A program made the translations under genes and the position numbers. Below the pieces are notes generated by a model. That model had not been told where the DNA came from and did not search any database. It saw nothing but the letters and a program-made list of their open reading frames with translations. From Proteromonas lacertae (lineage: Eukaryota), in the NCBI GenBank assembly GCA_002245135.1, contig NGBS01000005.1, positions 186,001 through 246,378 of the forward strand: a DNA stretch of 60,378 nucleotides, in the 5' to 3' direction. Position 1 is the first letter of the stretch. Every line of letters begins with the position of its first letter. Shown piece by piece: positions 1-12,395 of this stretch.

Positions 1-474
1 AATAGACTTCCACTTTTACTAGAAAATTCGAATATAAAGTTAATAGTAGTTGATTCAATAGCCGCAATGTTTCGTGGTGAGTTTGATAATACGTTGCAAG
101 ATATGAAAAGTCGAACAGAGTGGTTAATTACAATCTCTTTAATCCTTCATCAATTAAATTATAAATATAAAATACCTATATTAGTAATAAACCAAATTAG
201 TGATGTCTTTGATGGTTCAAATCTCAATTCTAGCTTAATTCGAAATGTTACTCCAGCTTTAGGTAATGTATGGAGTTATTATATAAATCATCGATTTATG
301 ATTAGTCGATATGGTTCAACAATTCCAAATGGCTTGACGAGCAAACCTGAGAAAGAACTGAGTGATGATATAGATAAGAGTAAGATTCGTAGATTTGATG
401 TAGTATTTTCTCCAACTCTGAAGAGTTGTTGTTGTTATTTTACGATAGATTCAAGTGGAGTAGTAAATGTATAA
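1..474 (+). CDS. XRCC3: XRCC3-like RAD51 paralogue, copy 1 (last exon only; 5' part lies before the window)
   Basis: Walker [25 protein letters not shown] and [14 protein letters not shown] motifs; nearly identical to 9266-9739 (offset 9265). Confidence 0.8.
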   Translation, partial: NRLPLLLENSNIKLIVVDSIAAMFRGEFDNTLQDMKSRTEWLITISLILHQLNYKYKIPILVINQISDVFDGSNLNSSLIRNVTPALGNVWSYYINHRFMISRYGSTIPNGLTSKPEKELSDDIDKSKIRRFDVVFSPTLKSCCCYFTIDSSGVVNV

Positions 475-633
475 TTTTTGTGTAATTTTTGTGTTGTATA
501 TAGGATGTTACCATCATTTGGCATTAAATAATAATGAAATAATTCAAAATGCTAAATAAATGGATGTGTAAACAAAAAAACACGTTTATTGTGTGTGAAA
601 TTTACTTCACACTTTTTTAAAAGAAAAACAGTT

Positions 634-2622
634 ATGAAAGCTGAGTTAAGTATTTAATCTTTCTTATATTTTAATAGTTCTACTCATTCTAGTGTTAGTT
701 ACTTACTGTCAAGCTCAACAGGAGACAACTGTAAAGAGATCAGTGTATGCCACTGATACAGAAGAGTTACAGGATTTGACAAGAACTCCTGGCTCTATTA
801 CTCTATATAAAGATTATACAGTTGATATGTATGAATGGATTGTAACTTCGCCATATTTTACTAAACTGAATGGAAATGGTTATACAATTACGCTAGACTA
901 CAGAAATGTAAGAAGTGGAAAGCAATTGAGTTTATTCTCAGGCATGTCAGATAAGGAGGTGTATGATTTGAAATTTAAAACTACTGAGACTAGTTTTATA
1001 TCAGGTAGTTTATTTGGATCAATTACTAATTGTTATTTATATCATGTAGAACTAACACTTAGTTATGCAACTTTAAGAGATTGGTCAGTAAGTGATGGGT
1101 TAATATCTTCGGTAGTGACAAATTCAGCAATGCTAAATGTTGGTGTTACACTAACTTCTCTATTTACTGGTATTACAATGGATTATATATATTCACATGA
1201 CAGCATCAGCATAGGTATTATTGCAGGAAGTGTAAAAGGAACATGTACCTTTGCTGGATTATATGTATCAGGAAAAATAGAAGTTACATCAGGAGGGAAT
1301 TATAATAGTTTTGGTATATTATTTGGAAGTATTGAAAGTAAGGCAAATGTATTAATATCAACATCAACAGTTAATATTAATTATTTTAAGGCAGTATCAG
1401 CTCATTCTAATTATAGAGTAGGTTCAATAATTGGTAAGAACGAAGGAGGTAATGTTGAATTAAAAAAATTATTAGTTAATATATATGGTAATACACATCA
1501 AGAAGCATCTACAAGAAGTTCATTGTATTTTGGAACAGTGATCGGTTCTAGTAGTGGTAAAGTCATAATTAGTAATTCATTTATATATAATACATTTAAT
1601 GTAATTGAAATATATACAGGAGCTACCTTCAAAAGTGGTGGAGTTATAGGTACAGCAGAGTATTCAACATTATCAATTACTAATTCTTCAGTAATTATAA
1701 AGTTTTCATTAAATGCTATACCTACGAGTTGTTATGGTGGATTTTTAGTCGGTTATACTGATAGAGCTAATGTTAAATTAAACTACAATATGTTTGCTAT
1801 AATGTTTGTAACATTTAACTATCCATTTAAATATTATGATATAGGTAATGATGATTATTCAACATCACTTTCTGCAACAAATACATATTATTATTATAGT
1901 AGATATGGTACTCATACTATTTATATTAGACACTATTCCATTCAGCAATTAAATGGCCCTTTATCAAATCCTTCATTACTTTTACCTGATTTTAATTATG
2001 ATACAGAAAATAATTTAAATTATTATTCTAAAATGGCTCATTTATCCAGCAATGGATATTCTAATATAATAGATGACTCTAATAAAGATTTCTCTAAAGT
2101 TGATATTACATTCAGTGGAACAACTCCAAGTTATAAGAGTGATTATAGTTATATATATAATATCGATAATATTCCTTCGACAATTTCATCTAAATCATCA
2201 GATGATTTTTATATTATCTTTATGCCTAAATCATATGAAAGTTTTACTGTAGATTATGATGGTAGTCATGAATGTGTTAGTTCAAGTTATTTACCATTAT
2301 CTATTAGTCCAGCAATAAGATATAAAGCAATATTTACATTTTCATGTGAAAGAAAAATGAGTTTTGAATTAGTCATAAAATCCTCTAGCCATAACAAATA
2401 TTACAGTAAAACTGTATATTGGAAGTCTGGCGGAGATGATAGTGGTGGAGGTGGTGGCGGAGCGGTAGTGGAGATGATGGAGATTATGAAGATGAGTACG
2501 ATGACCCAAGAGAATCACTTGAAAGATTAATCACGCAAATCCTTATATATGGAAATGCTGGTGTTGCTGTTCTCATTGTTCTTATTTCTATTTGTTGCTA
2601 TTTCACAAATAGAAACAAATAA
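634..2622 (+). CDS. Type I surface protein, long form: signal peptide, GLUG/ZmpB-like beta-helical region, ~110 aa membrane-proximal domain, Gly/acidic linker, TM helix. Apparent -1 frameshift near 2462
   Basis: ATG 634 plus 28-nt intron 650-677 gives signal peptide MKAELILLILVLVTYCQA. Repeated G-x-I/L-x-G motifs. The TM tail (ITQILIYGNAGVAVLIVLISICCYF) is in another frame, as shown by comparison with copy 2. Confidence 0.7.
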
Positions 2623-2756
2623 CTACTAAAATGAATATCCAATTTAATATATATTGTTTTTTGTATTTTAAAGAATAAAAGAAAATAAAAAATGAAATTG
2701 TAGGACTTTTTAAGTCAAAATTTAGTTCACACTTTTTTAAATACTGTTTCTTTTCT

Positions 2757-4443
2757 ATGTCAGAGAATAACGCCACAAACAACTCAGCTCAAGTAACCAA
2801 CACATGCTGTTGTTTTTCTGTTTGTTGTTATTCATGTAATCTCTTCACTGCTTGTGTATTAGAAATTTGTTATATTCTTTTAGTTATTTACAACTATCAT
2901 GGGAATAATGGCATTTTTCTTTAACTCTGATTTATTCATGACATGTTGTGCTGTACTTGCTCTTGATATCATACAATATTCTGGATCTTGTTGTTTTGGA
3001 AGAAATAAGTGTTTCTATTATTTCGTATATCACTCATTATTTTATTTTTCTACTATATAGTCGATGTTTATGTCTGGAGTTACTTTCATCATTAACATAT
3101 CTTTTTCATAATAACAACTATAACAGTTTATCTTAATTATATATAAATAGCAATATCCATTTATACTTATTCTGAACTTATTAAAGAGTATATATATTCT
3201 ATTATATAATATAATTAGTAATAATAACAAAGTATTTGAATTTAGGACTATATTCAATGGTTTATTCACCTTTATTGGAATATTTAATACAATGTTCTCA
3301 GGTCTTCTTTTCACACAATCATCGATATATCGAGATAAATCTGCAATATGATCCCAGAGATTAGAACAATTGAAATGCAAAGAAGTGCAATTCCAATTGG
3401 AACAACAGTTGTTAACTGTTAATTCTCCTCCAATTGAAACTCAAAAACAACCAGAAACTACTAACGTAATTGGAACAACACAGCCATCAACTGTAATTGC
3501 AGTTGCTGGTAATAGTGTAGTAAATGCATCAACTGTTCCATGTGTAAATAATATAGATGAAAGTGATTTATATGATATTAAAAAATATGTGATAAGTGAT
3601 ATAATATTCTGCTCAATCTTCGTTATTTATACATTTGCTTATCCTGGATTTCATGATGATGCAATATCAGCTTTTGCTGTTATATTTCTTATATTTAGAA
3701 TTGCATATATGACATTAATTTGTATGAGAAAGTGGAGAACTTTAATCTATCAAATTGTTTATGTTGTAAATGCAATTGTATCTATTGGATATATATCATT
3801 TTTTTACTCATATAATATTATTAATTATAAATCCTTGACCAAAGATTTGTAAGTTGTTGTATTAATATATCTAATTACTCAAATGGTTAATTTTATCAAA
3901 GTTGCTGCTAAGAATGATGTTGACTTTTATAAGTGGCTTCTTGAGCATAAGGAGTACTTTCCTGATAATCCAACTGATGATAATATAAGAAGTATTGTTA
4001 AAGCCAACATGTAAAATGAATATTAATATATTATTTATAGATATGCGTATGGTATTACTGCCTTCTTCTTTTTCTCATTTTCTTGTGAAAGTGTATAATT
4101 ATATATATATTATATTATTCTATAGTTTTTTGTTACATTAGCTGGATATACACTTGCATTTCCTCCAAAGGATAACAATTCACAACCAAAACAAGAAGAA
4201 GATGTTGTTGTTTCTCTTGAAGATAATAATATTCCACAACCACAACCAGAGAAAGAAATAAATACTCCTGAAAACAATAATCCACCTATTCAACAAACAA
4301 CTATTGCTGTGAGAGAGTTACCAGATGCAGAAGAAATAAAAAAAGATGAAATTATTCCTTTTGCAGAAATAATTGTTGATGAAAATAATGAAAATGAAAA
4401 GACAAATACTCCAGATAATGATATACCACCTCCAATATTATAA
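2757..4443 (+). CDS. Multi-pass membrane protein of unknown function, copy 1 (Cys-rich N-terminus, two hydrophobic modules, acidic/Pro tail); reading frame disrupted at ~3345-3415
   Basis: Spliced model MSENNATNNSAQVTNTCCCF...PPIL*; paralogue of 10715-12395. Three extra bases and a TGA relative to copy 2. Confidence 0.6.
3097..3146 (+). other. U12-type (minor) intron, AT-AA termini
   Basis: 5' ATATCTTTT, branch-like TTTATCTTAAT, ends ...ATAA. Joins SGVTFIIN to IAISIYTYSELIK; I found no GT-AG solution for these frames. Confidence 0.65.
3793..3852 (+). other. U12-type (minor) intron, AT-AA termini
   Basis: 5' ATATCATTT, branch point TCCTTGAC at 3832-3839, ends ...GTAA. Joins SIGY to VVVLIYL. 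Confidence 0.65.
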
Positions 4444-4943
4444 ACACTGATCAAATTCTAATCTCATTTGAATTTGACTATACACAAATTTAATCACACT
4501 ATTCTGCATTTTGTTTATTGAGAAAATATACAAGACCATATTAGATAATTACTATTCTATAAAATATTCATTTATTTAAAGAAACACTTCTGGCCATCAA
4601 GTGGAAAGTCACATTACATGAATTTAGTGAAATATATAATTCATGTATAACTTGTATTTGCAACTATTAAAAGTATTTAATAATTCCAAATATTAATTCA
4701 AATGCTCTTTAAAAATTCAAATTAAAAACAAAAAGTATATAATCTGAGTGCATGAATTATTTTATGGGATACATACAATAATAAAACATAAATTACAATA
4801 ACTACACAAATTGAAAAGCAGATAACTGATTATTTTGATAACTGATTAAATTGCTAAATTTAAATAAATGGAGATAAAACATATCAATCATAAGATAAAA
4901 ACAATTAATTGTTTATGATATTATTATTATATTTGTTGTGAAT

Positions 4944-7900
4944 TTACTCAACTAATCCTTTCAATTCATCTAACACTTTCATTTTTTCATCTTTTGATTC
5001 ATTTAATGGTAATTCTATACATTAATAATATTAACAATATATATATATATACTTCCTACTGTCAAGTTATAAAACTCATTCAATCTTTCTTTGATCTTTT
5101 CCATTACTGTATTTGGAGTTGATAATGTAAATACATTCACAAACATCACAATTTCTCTATCAAACTCAATAGATAATTCATTCCAACAATAATCTTGAAT
5201 AAATATGCTTAATGCCACAGATTTTGCATATTCTATTACATTAATAAATACTAAAAATACGAGAATATAAATTGACTGTTTCTTGAGATATATCAGATAT
5301 ATTCTTAACAATTTCATTACTATTGTTCATATCTGAATTCTTAATTAAAGACTTGATAAAATCCTTATAAAATAACTATAAATAATAATAGCAAATATAT
5401 ACATTTTGCTGTTTATTCTTACCAACTTGAACTAATAATTTAGTCAAAATGGAAGATAAACATAGCCACATATTACTATTCATTCTTTCAAATATATTAC
5501 TCTTTATAACATTATAATAATCAATTAACATATTGTTCTTCATTGAATAATGGTATATTCCGTTAATAATATCATAAAAATAAGGTTCAATTGTTTCACA
5601 ATATTTATTTAATATCTCTGAATTATTCTGCAAATTGTTCATTAACATTTCATAATGATCAAATACATATTCCAATAACTATTATTATTATATAATTAAT
5701 AATTAGATATACATTAATATTACATATATTTAATCTTATTATATCTGTTATAAACCCATAGAATAATGAAATATATCTTGATATAGTTGATGATAATGAT
5801 GATGTTTCTTTATTACTATTTTGTTTTTTACTTTTCTTTGACGTATGTTCAATCTCTATTCCAGATAATGATAATTGCAAATATAATGGATATAGATTTG
5901 ATTTAATAGCTTCATAACACTTTGATATGAAATCTGGTACAATCTTGTTGTTATTGAGTGATAGATATAATGAATATTTCAATAATATTTGCATTAACAA
6001 GTATATAGTTTCACTTGTTTCTATATATATAATTATGTATGTAAAATATACCACTATTATTAATATCAAATTGAATCATACAATGAACAAAATCATCCAC
6101 TAATTCATTATAGTGTTCTGAAATGAATTGAATCAATACTGGACGACTATTGGCTGGATCATTAGTTAATATATATAGATAAATATTCAAATTCTTATTA
6201 ATATGTATATAATCTTTAGTATTTATCTTTCTTTTCTTTGTATTAGATGTATTAGCATCTCCTTTGTTCATGTTATTTATATTTTCATAAAGTAAATTCA
6301 ATATCTCATTACAACTATTATATTGACAATAACAGTTAATATAACAGTATAATAACTCTTCAGGTATTGGTTGGGGTGTAAGTATTGCGTCATTTACTAA
6401 TTCAGATATCTATTTCAATATATAATATATAATTTATACAATAGCATAATGTGATGGTATAAATATCATTATTTTAATAATATATACCAATCCATAGGTA
6501 GTATCAGTGATTGATTTGAAATAGGTAATTAATATATTGATCCTTTCTTCCTATTCATATAATATAATAATAATAATATAATTTTTAATAGAATATACAG
6601 TAAATTCATCATATAAATAATGTAATAATTCGATATTTTCCTTTGATTCTAACTGTATATGTATTGAATCCCATAATGTATAAATATTCCATAATATATT
6701 CTCTAATAACTCCACTGATACTTCTTCTTCCTCCTCCTCCTCTTTTACTTTATCATTCTTAGATTTCTTTTTAGTTTTACTGTTGTTCTTATTATTATTA
6801 TTATTATTAGAAGAAGAAGAAGATAAGGAGTTAATATGAGAAATTAAAAAGCAATTAAATAATTTAATCAACTTACAAATTCTTGATATATTCACTATAT
6901 TGTGTAACTGACTAAAGAATAAATTTGCAGCTTCATAATTCTTTTCAATCAATGTAAACGATCTACTCACTAATTCAGAACCATTTACATTATCAGGAAA
7001 GAAAGAATTACATATTAATTGACTTAATAATAACAATATCTTTGGTTTATCATAATCTAATACCGTTCTATGTAGGATATTCTCTATGTTAACTACTTCA
7101 TAATATTTTATGAATTTCATATTTTTGATTTTGTTTAACATCTTACACAGTGATAATCTCACATTTTCACTATTATCGTGAATAAATGGACTTAAAGATG
7201 GTAATATTGGTTGTAAAACAGATTGAGTTAATGGATTCTCCATTATAAATGAAATACCCTAAATATAATAATAATTATTATTATATTTATATATACTTCA
7301 ATTACAGAAGCTCTAACATTACTATTACTTCCATCGTATAATAACTTATTCAACAAAATATTGAAAATATTCTGAATAAAGTTAACAGGTATTAACTCCC
7401 AGTATATATTCAATATTCTGCAAATACCTTGAATAGCAATCACTCTAATTCGAGAATCACAATCTTGTAGACTATTTGTTAAAGTATTAAACTGTTTCTG
7501 TATAAATTCATCTTTTTCTACTTGGGTGGAATTAGGTAATTGAAATGGAAATATATTAATAAATAATGTTAATGCATTTCCTCTAATTATGTGATTATAA
7601 ACATTCAAAGATCTCCAGATGATAGGATCATACAGCTTATATAGCATTTCATCAGTCTGCTGTTTATGAGAATGAAATATATCCAATATATAAAACAATG
7701 ATTTGAATAATATAGGATTTGATATATGGATTGCTAAATGAATAAAATCTTGCAAACAGATATTTTCGATCAATAATCTTGTTTGTCCATTACTCTTTAT
7801 CCATGCATGATAATATATATCTGCATAGGATAATATAATTGTCTTTGGAACGTATAATAATTGATTCTTTATTGTTTCATGAATGGATGTAATTAGTGAT

Positions 7901-8728
7901 GAATGAACTTGAAAAAAAAATGATAGAAATTTCTTTCCCTATAATATATATATATATATATATACATCACTTGTCTTAATGAATAATGGATGTATAACAC
8001 AATGAAGACATAATTCTTTTAAAGATTCAATACTATCATCATCAAAGTCTAATAAATAAAATCCATCTTTTACTGCATATCTATTAGATATATATTAATC
8101 AATATAGAATATAATATATATTTATACAATCTTTTGATTAAAGACACATTTCCATTTTCATCTAAACATCTTAACAATAGATATGGTAATAATTGAGGAA
8201 TTACCATCTCTTTATCAGGCTTGTCTTTAATATAATAACTTTCACATAGTAAGGATATAGCATTCTGTAAGATAGGCTCAGAGGATAATTGAAATAAAAT
8301 ATCATGTAAAATACACAATATCTGCTTCATTATGTCAGTAATTGTTTTATTTTTCTATTAAATTATAACAGAAATGTAAATAAATACAATGAGGAAGGAA
8401 TTAAACAAAGATGTAATTCCTGTAATGAATTTAATAGCATTATCATATTCATCTTTTGCTGGTTGTGATTGCCCTTCTACAAGTATGTGTGACTCTGACT
8501 TTATCAAATCATTTAGTCTGACAAGTAATGCATTCCATAATCTATTGATCATCTAGATATTATTAGGATTTATAAATATACTTTGTCGGGAATCATATCA
8601 AAAGTGTCACTAAAACTAAATGGGTCAGTTTTCTGAAAATCTTTTGCCACATAACTAATAAATGTAAGCCCATCAACATCATTCTCAATATCACTTAAAA
8701 ACTTCTCAATATTCGACTTTTTAACCAT
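4944..8728 (-). CDS. NCAPG2: Condensin II subunit CAP-G2 (HEAT-repeat), multi-exon
   Basis: Motifs LYDPIIWRSL..N..IRGNA..LF...FP, IHDNSENVR...CKML.KIK and ILNIYWELIP. All ORF gaps are bridged by GT-AG introns. Confidence 0.85.
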
Positions 8729-8792
8729 TTCAAATTTAAAATTCGAAAGTATCAAGCCAAACTATTCATTTTAAAAATACCGCCAAAGTGAG
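8729..8792. promoter_or_regulatory. 64-bp bidirectional promoter (CAP-G2/XRCC3) with E2F-like site
   Basis: Head-to-head ATGs at 8728 and 8793. CCGCCAAA (TTTGGCGG on the minus strand) at 8780-8787. Confidence 0.5.
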
Positions 8793-9739
8793 ATGTTCAA
8801 AACAGCTGATGAATTATTACATGATTATTACTATAGCAGAATACTATCAACAGGATGTGGTGATATAGATGCTTGTTTATGTGGTGGTGTTCCTTTACAA
8901 GGAGTAATAGAGTTATCTGGTGAATCATCATCAGGTAAAACTCAACTGGGACTCCAGTTATTACTTCAGGTATATAAATATATAATGATAATGTTATTCT
9001 ATAAAAGTAGTGTAATCTTCCTTTAGATGAAGGTGGTTTGAATGGCAATTCAGTGTTTTTATCAACTGAAGGTGATTTTTCAATAGACAGATTATCTGAG
9101 ATGGGTGAATACTTTTGTGTATGAGTGTTTTGTTAATTGTGAATAGAAGAAACATCGAGGATACGATATAAACAGTTTATTCGAGTCAATATTTATAGAG
9201 AAAGTGTCAACAAATCAAGAGATGGTAGATCTGTTAGTATGTTTGTTGATTATTCTGTTTAGTTGAATAGACTTCCACTTTTACTAGAAAATTCGAATAT
9301 AAAGTTAATAGTAGTTGATTCAATAGCCGCAATGTTTCGTGGTGAGTTTGATAATACGTTGCAAGATATGAAAAGTCGAACAGAGTGGTTAATTACAATC
9401 TCTTTAATCTTTCATCAATTAAATTATAAATATAAAATACCTATATTAGTAATAAACCAAATTAGTGATGTCTTTGATGGTTCAAATCTCAATTCTAGCT
9501 TAATTCGAAATGTTACTCCAGCTTTAGGTAATGTATGGAGTTATTATATAAATCATCGATATATGATTAGTCGATATGGTTCAACAATTCCAAATGGCTT
9601 GACGAGCAAACCTGAGAAAGAACTGAGTGATGATATAGATAAGAGTAAGATTCGTAGATTTGATGTAGTATTTTCTCCAACTCTGAAGAGTTGTTGTTGT
9701 TATTTTACGATAGATTCAAGTGGAGTAGTAAATGTATAA
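8793..9739 (+). CDS. XRCC3: XRCC3-like RAD51 paralogue, copy 2 (complete, 4 exons)
   Basis: [28 protein letters not shown] (Walker A), LSTEGDF, Walker B IVVDS; three GT-AG introns. Confidence 0.85.
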
Positions 9740-9898
9740 TTTTTGTGTAATTTTTGTGTTGTATATAGGATGTTACCATCATTTGGCATTAAATAATAAT
9801 GAAATAATTCAAAATGCTAAATAAATGGATGTGTAAACAAAATAACACGTTTATTGTGTGTGAAATTTACTTCACACTTTTTTAAAAGAAAAACAGTT

Positions 9899-10580
9899 AT
9901 GAAAGCTGAGTTAAGTATTTAATCTTTCTTATATTTTAATAGTTCTACTCATTCTAGTGTTAGTTACTTACTGTCAAGCTCAACAGGAGAAACACAACAA
10001 GATTACAAATTTTTTGAGTAGAAATCAAAAATTATTAAATGATAATTCATCTAAAGTTGATATTGAATTATCTACTAAATTCCCAAGTCTTAAAAGCACT
10101 CTAGTGAAGATAAACGATTATATACCAAGTACTATTTCTTCTTTATCAGATACATATAGTATTATGTTTGCCCCTGCAATTAGTTATACTACTATAACAG
10201 TGAGTTTTTTTGGCAGCCATCCGTGTGTTTCTTCAAGTGATTTACCTTTGACTCTACCACCATCAGTATTATATGACTTTGTTTATTTTGAATTTTTATG
10301 TAGAAGTACAACAACCTTTAAATTAAAGATAAGTTCATATTACGATACTGAGTATTACACCAAAACTGTATATTGGAAGTCTGGTGGAGGTGATGGTGGA
10401 GATGATAGTGGTGGAGGAGGCGGTAGTGGAGATGATGGAGAGTATGAAGATGAGTACGATGACCCAAGAGAATCACTTGAAAGATTAATCACGCAAATCC
10501 TTATATATGGAAATGCTGGTGTTGCTGTTCTCATTGTTCTTATTTCTATCTGTTGTTATTTCTCAAATAGAAACAAATAA
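9899..10580 (+). CDS. Type I surface protein, short form (signal peptide, ~110 aa domain, Gly/acidic linker, TM)
   Basis: Same first exon and intron as 634-677; intact C-terminal TM; lacks the ~435-codon beta-helical region of copy 1. Confidence 0.75.
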
Positions 10581-10714
10581 CTACTAAAATGAATATCCAA
10601 TTTAATATATATTGTTTTTTGTATTTTAAAGAATAAAAGAAAATAAAAAATGAAATTGTAGGACTTTTTAAGTCAAAATTTAGTTCACACTTTTTTAAAT
10701 ACTGTTTCTTTTCT

Positions 10715-12395
10715 ATGTCAGAGAATAACGCCACAAACAACTCAGCTCAAGTAACCAACACATGCTGTTGTTTTTCTGTTTGTTGTTATTCATGTAATCT
10801 CTTCACTGCTTGTGTATTAGAAATTTGTTATATTCTTTTAGTTATTTACAACTATCATGGGAATAATGGCATTTTTCTTTAACTCTGATTTATTCATGAC
10901 ATGTTGTGCTGTACTTGCTCTTGATATCATACAATATTCTGGATCTTGTTGTTTTGGAAGAAATAAGTGTTTCTATTATTTCGTATATCACTCATTATTT
11001 TATTTTTCTACTATATAGTCGATGTTTATGTCTGGAGTTACTTTCATCATTAACATATCTTTTTCATAATAACAACTATAACAGTTTATCTTAATTATAT
11101 ATAAATAGCAATATCCATTTACACTTATTCTGAACTTATTAAAGAGTATATATATTCTATTATATAATATAATTAGTAACAATAACAAAGTATTTGAATT
11201 TAGGACTATATTCAATGGTTTATTCACCTTTATTGGAATATTTAATACAATGTTCTCAGGTCTTCTTTTCACACAATCATCGATATATCGAGATAAATCT
11301 GCAATTGTCCCAGAGATTAGAACAATTGAAGTACAAGGAAGTTCAAATCCAATTGGAACAACAGTTGTAACTGTTAATTCTCCTCCAATTGAAACTCAAA
11401 AACAACCAGAAACTACTAACGTAATTGGAACAACACAACCATCAACTGTAATTGCAGTTTCTGATAATAATAATGTAGCAAGTGAATCAACTGAAGAAGA
11501 ATATGATTTAGGTATTACTGTTGATGAACTTAAAAAAATTAAGGAATATGTTGCAGGTGATATTATATTCTGTATTGTATTTACTATTTATACATTTGCT
11601 TATCCTGGATTTCAAGAAGATGCAATATCTGCTTTTGCTATTATATTTCTTATTCTTAGAATTGCATATATGACATTAATGTGTTTAGAAGTATGGAGAA
11701 CAAGAATTTATCAAGTTGTTTATGTATTAAATTCAATTGTATCATTAGGATATATATCTTTTAATTCAGATTTATATATCATTGTTAATCCTTAATTGTA
11801 GTTTCTAAGTTGTTATATTAATATGTTTAATAGTCTTAATGGTTGATTTTATCAAAGCAGCTTCAATGTCTGATGCAGAGTTATTGGACTGGCTTGCTAA
11901 ACATCCTGAATTTATCAATAAAAGAAATATTATATCAGGTAACATGTATTATAATAATCATTAACTATCAATAATACTTCTTATAGATATGCATATGCTA
12001 TTAGCGCATTGTTCTTTTTATCATTCACTTGCGAAAGTGTATATATATATATATATATATATTATATTATTCTATAGCTATATGTAACATATTTAGGACA
12101 TTCACTTGCATTTCCTCCAAATTGTTTCACTAAACAAAAGAAACAAGAAGAAAATGTTGTTATTCCTCCAACAGATAATAATAATCCACTATCTCAACCG
12201 GAGAAAGCAAATGAAGATAATAATAACACTCTATCAAATCCACCTATTCAACAAACAACTATTGCTGTTAGAGAATTACCAGATGAAGAAGAAATAAAGA
12301 AAGATGAATTGATTCCTGATGCAGAAATAAAAGTTGATGAAAATGACAAAATAAATACTCCAAATGGTAATAATTTACCACCTCCAATATTATAG
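10715..12395 (+). CDS. Multi-pass membrane protein of unknown function, copy 2 (intact)
   Basis: Open spliced frame using five GT-AG and two AT-AA introns. Confidence 0.65.
11055..11104 (+). other. U12-type intron, AT-AA termini
   Basis: Same sequence as 3097-3146. Confidence 0.65.
11754..11808 (+). other. U12-type intron, AT-AA termini
   Basis: 5' ATATCTTTT, branch TCCTTAAT at 11789-11796, ends ...CTAA. Interior has diverged from 3793-3852 but these signals are kept. Confidence 0.7.

Larger units (their letters stand above)
1..4505. repeat. Segmental duplication, copy 1 (partner ~9266-12460)
   Basis: Near-identical 1-~722 vs 9266-~9987 and ~2410-3505 vs ~10363-11460. Divergent but homologous elsewhere. 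Confidence 0.9.

Noticed and set aside
4821..4848. Short direct repeat GATAACTGATTA x2 in a convergent intergenic region
   Set aside because: A small local duplication in AT-rich DNA with no supporting structure
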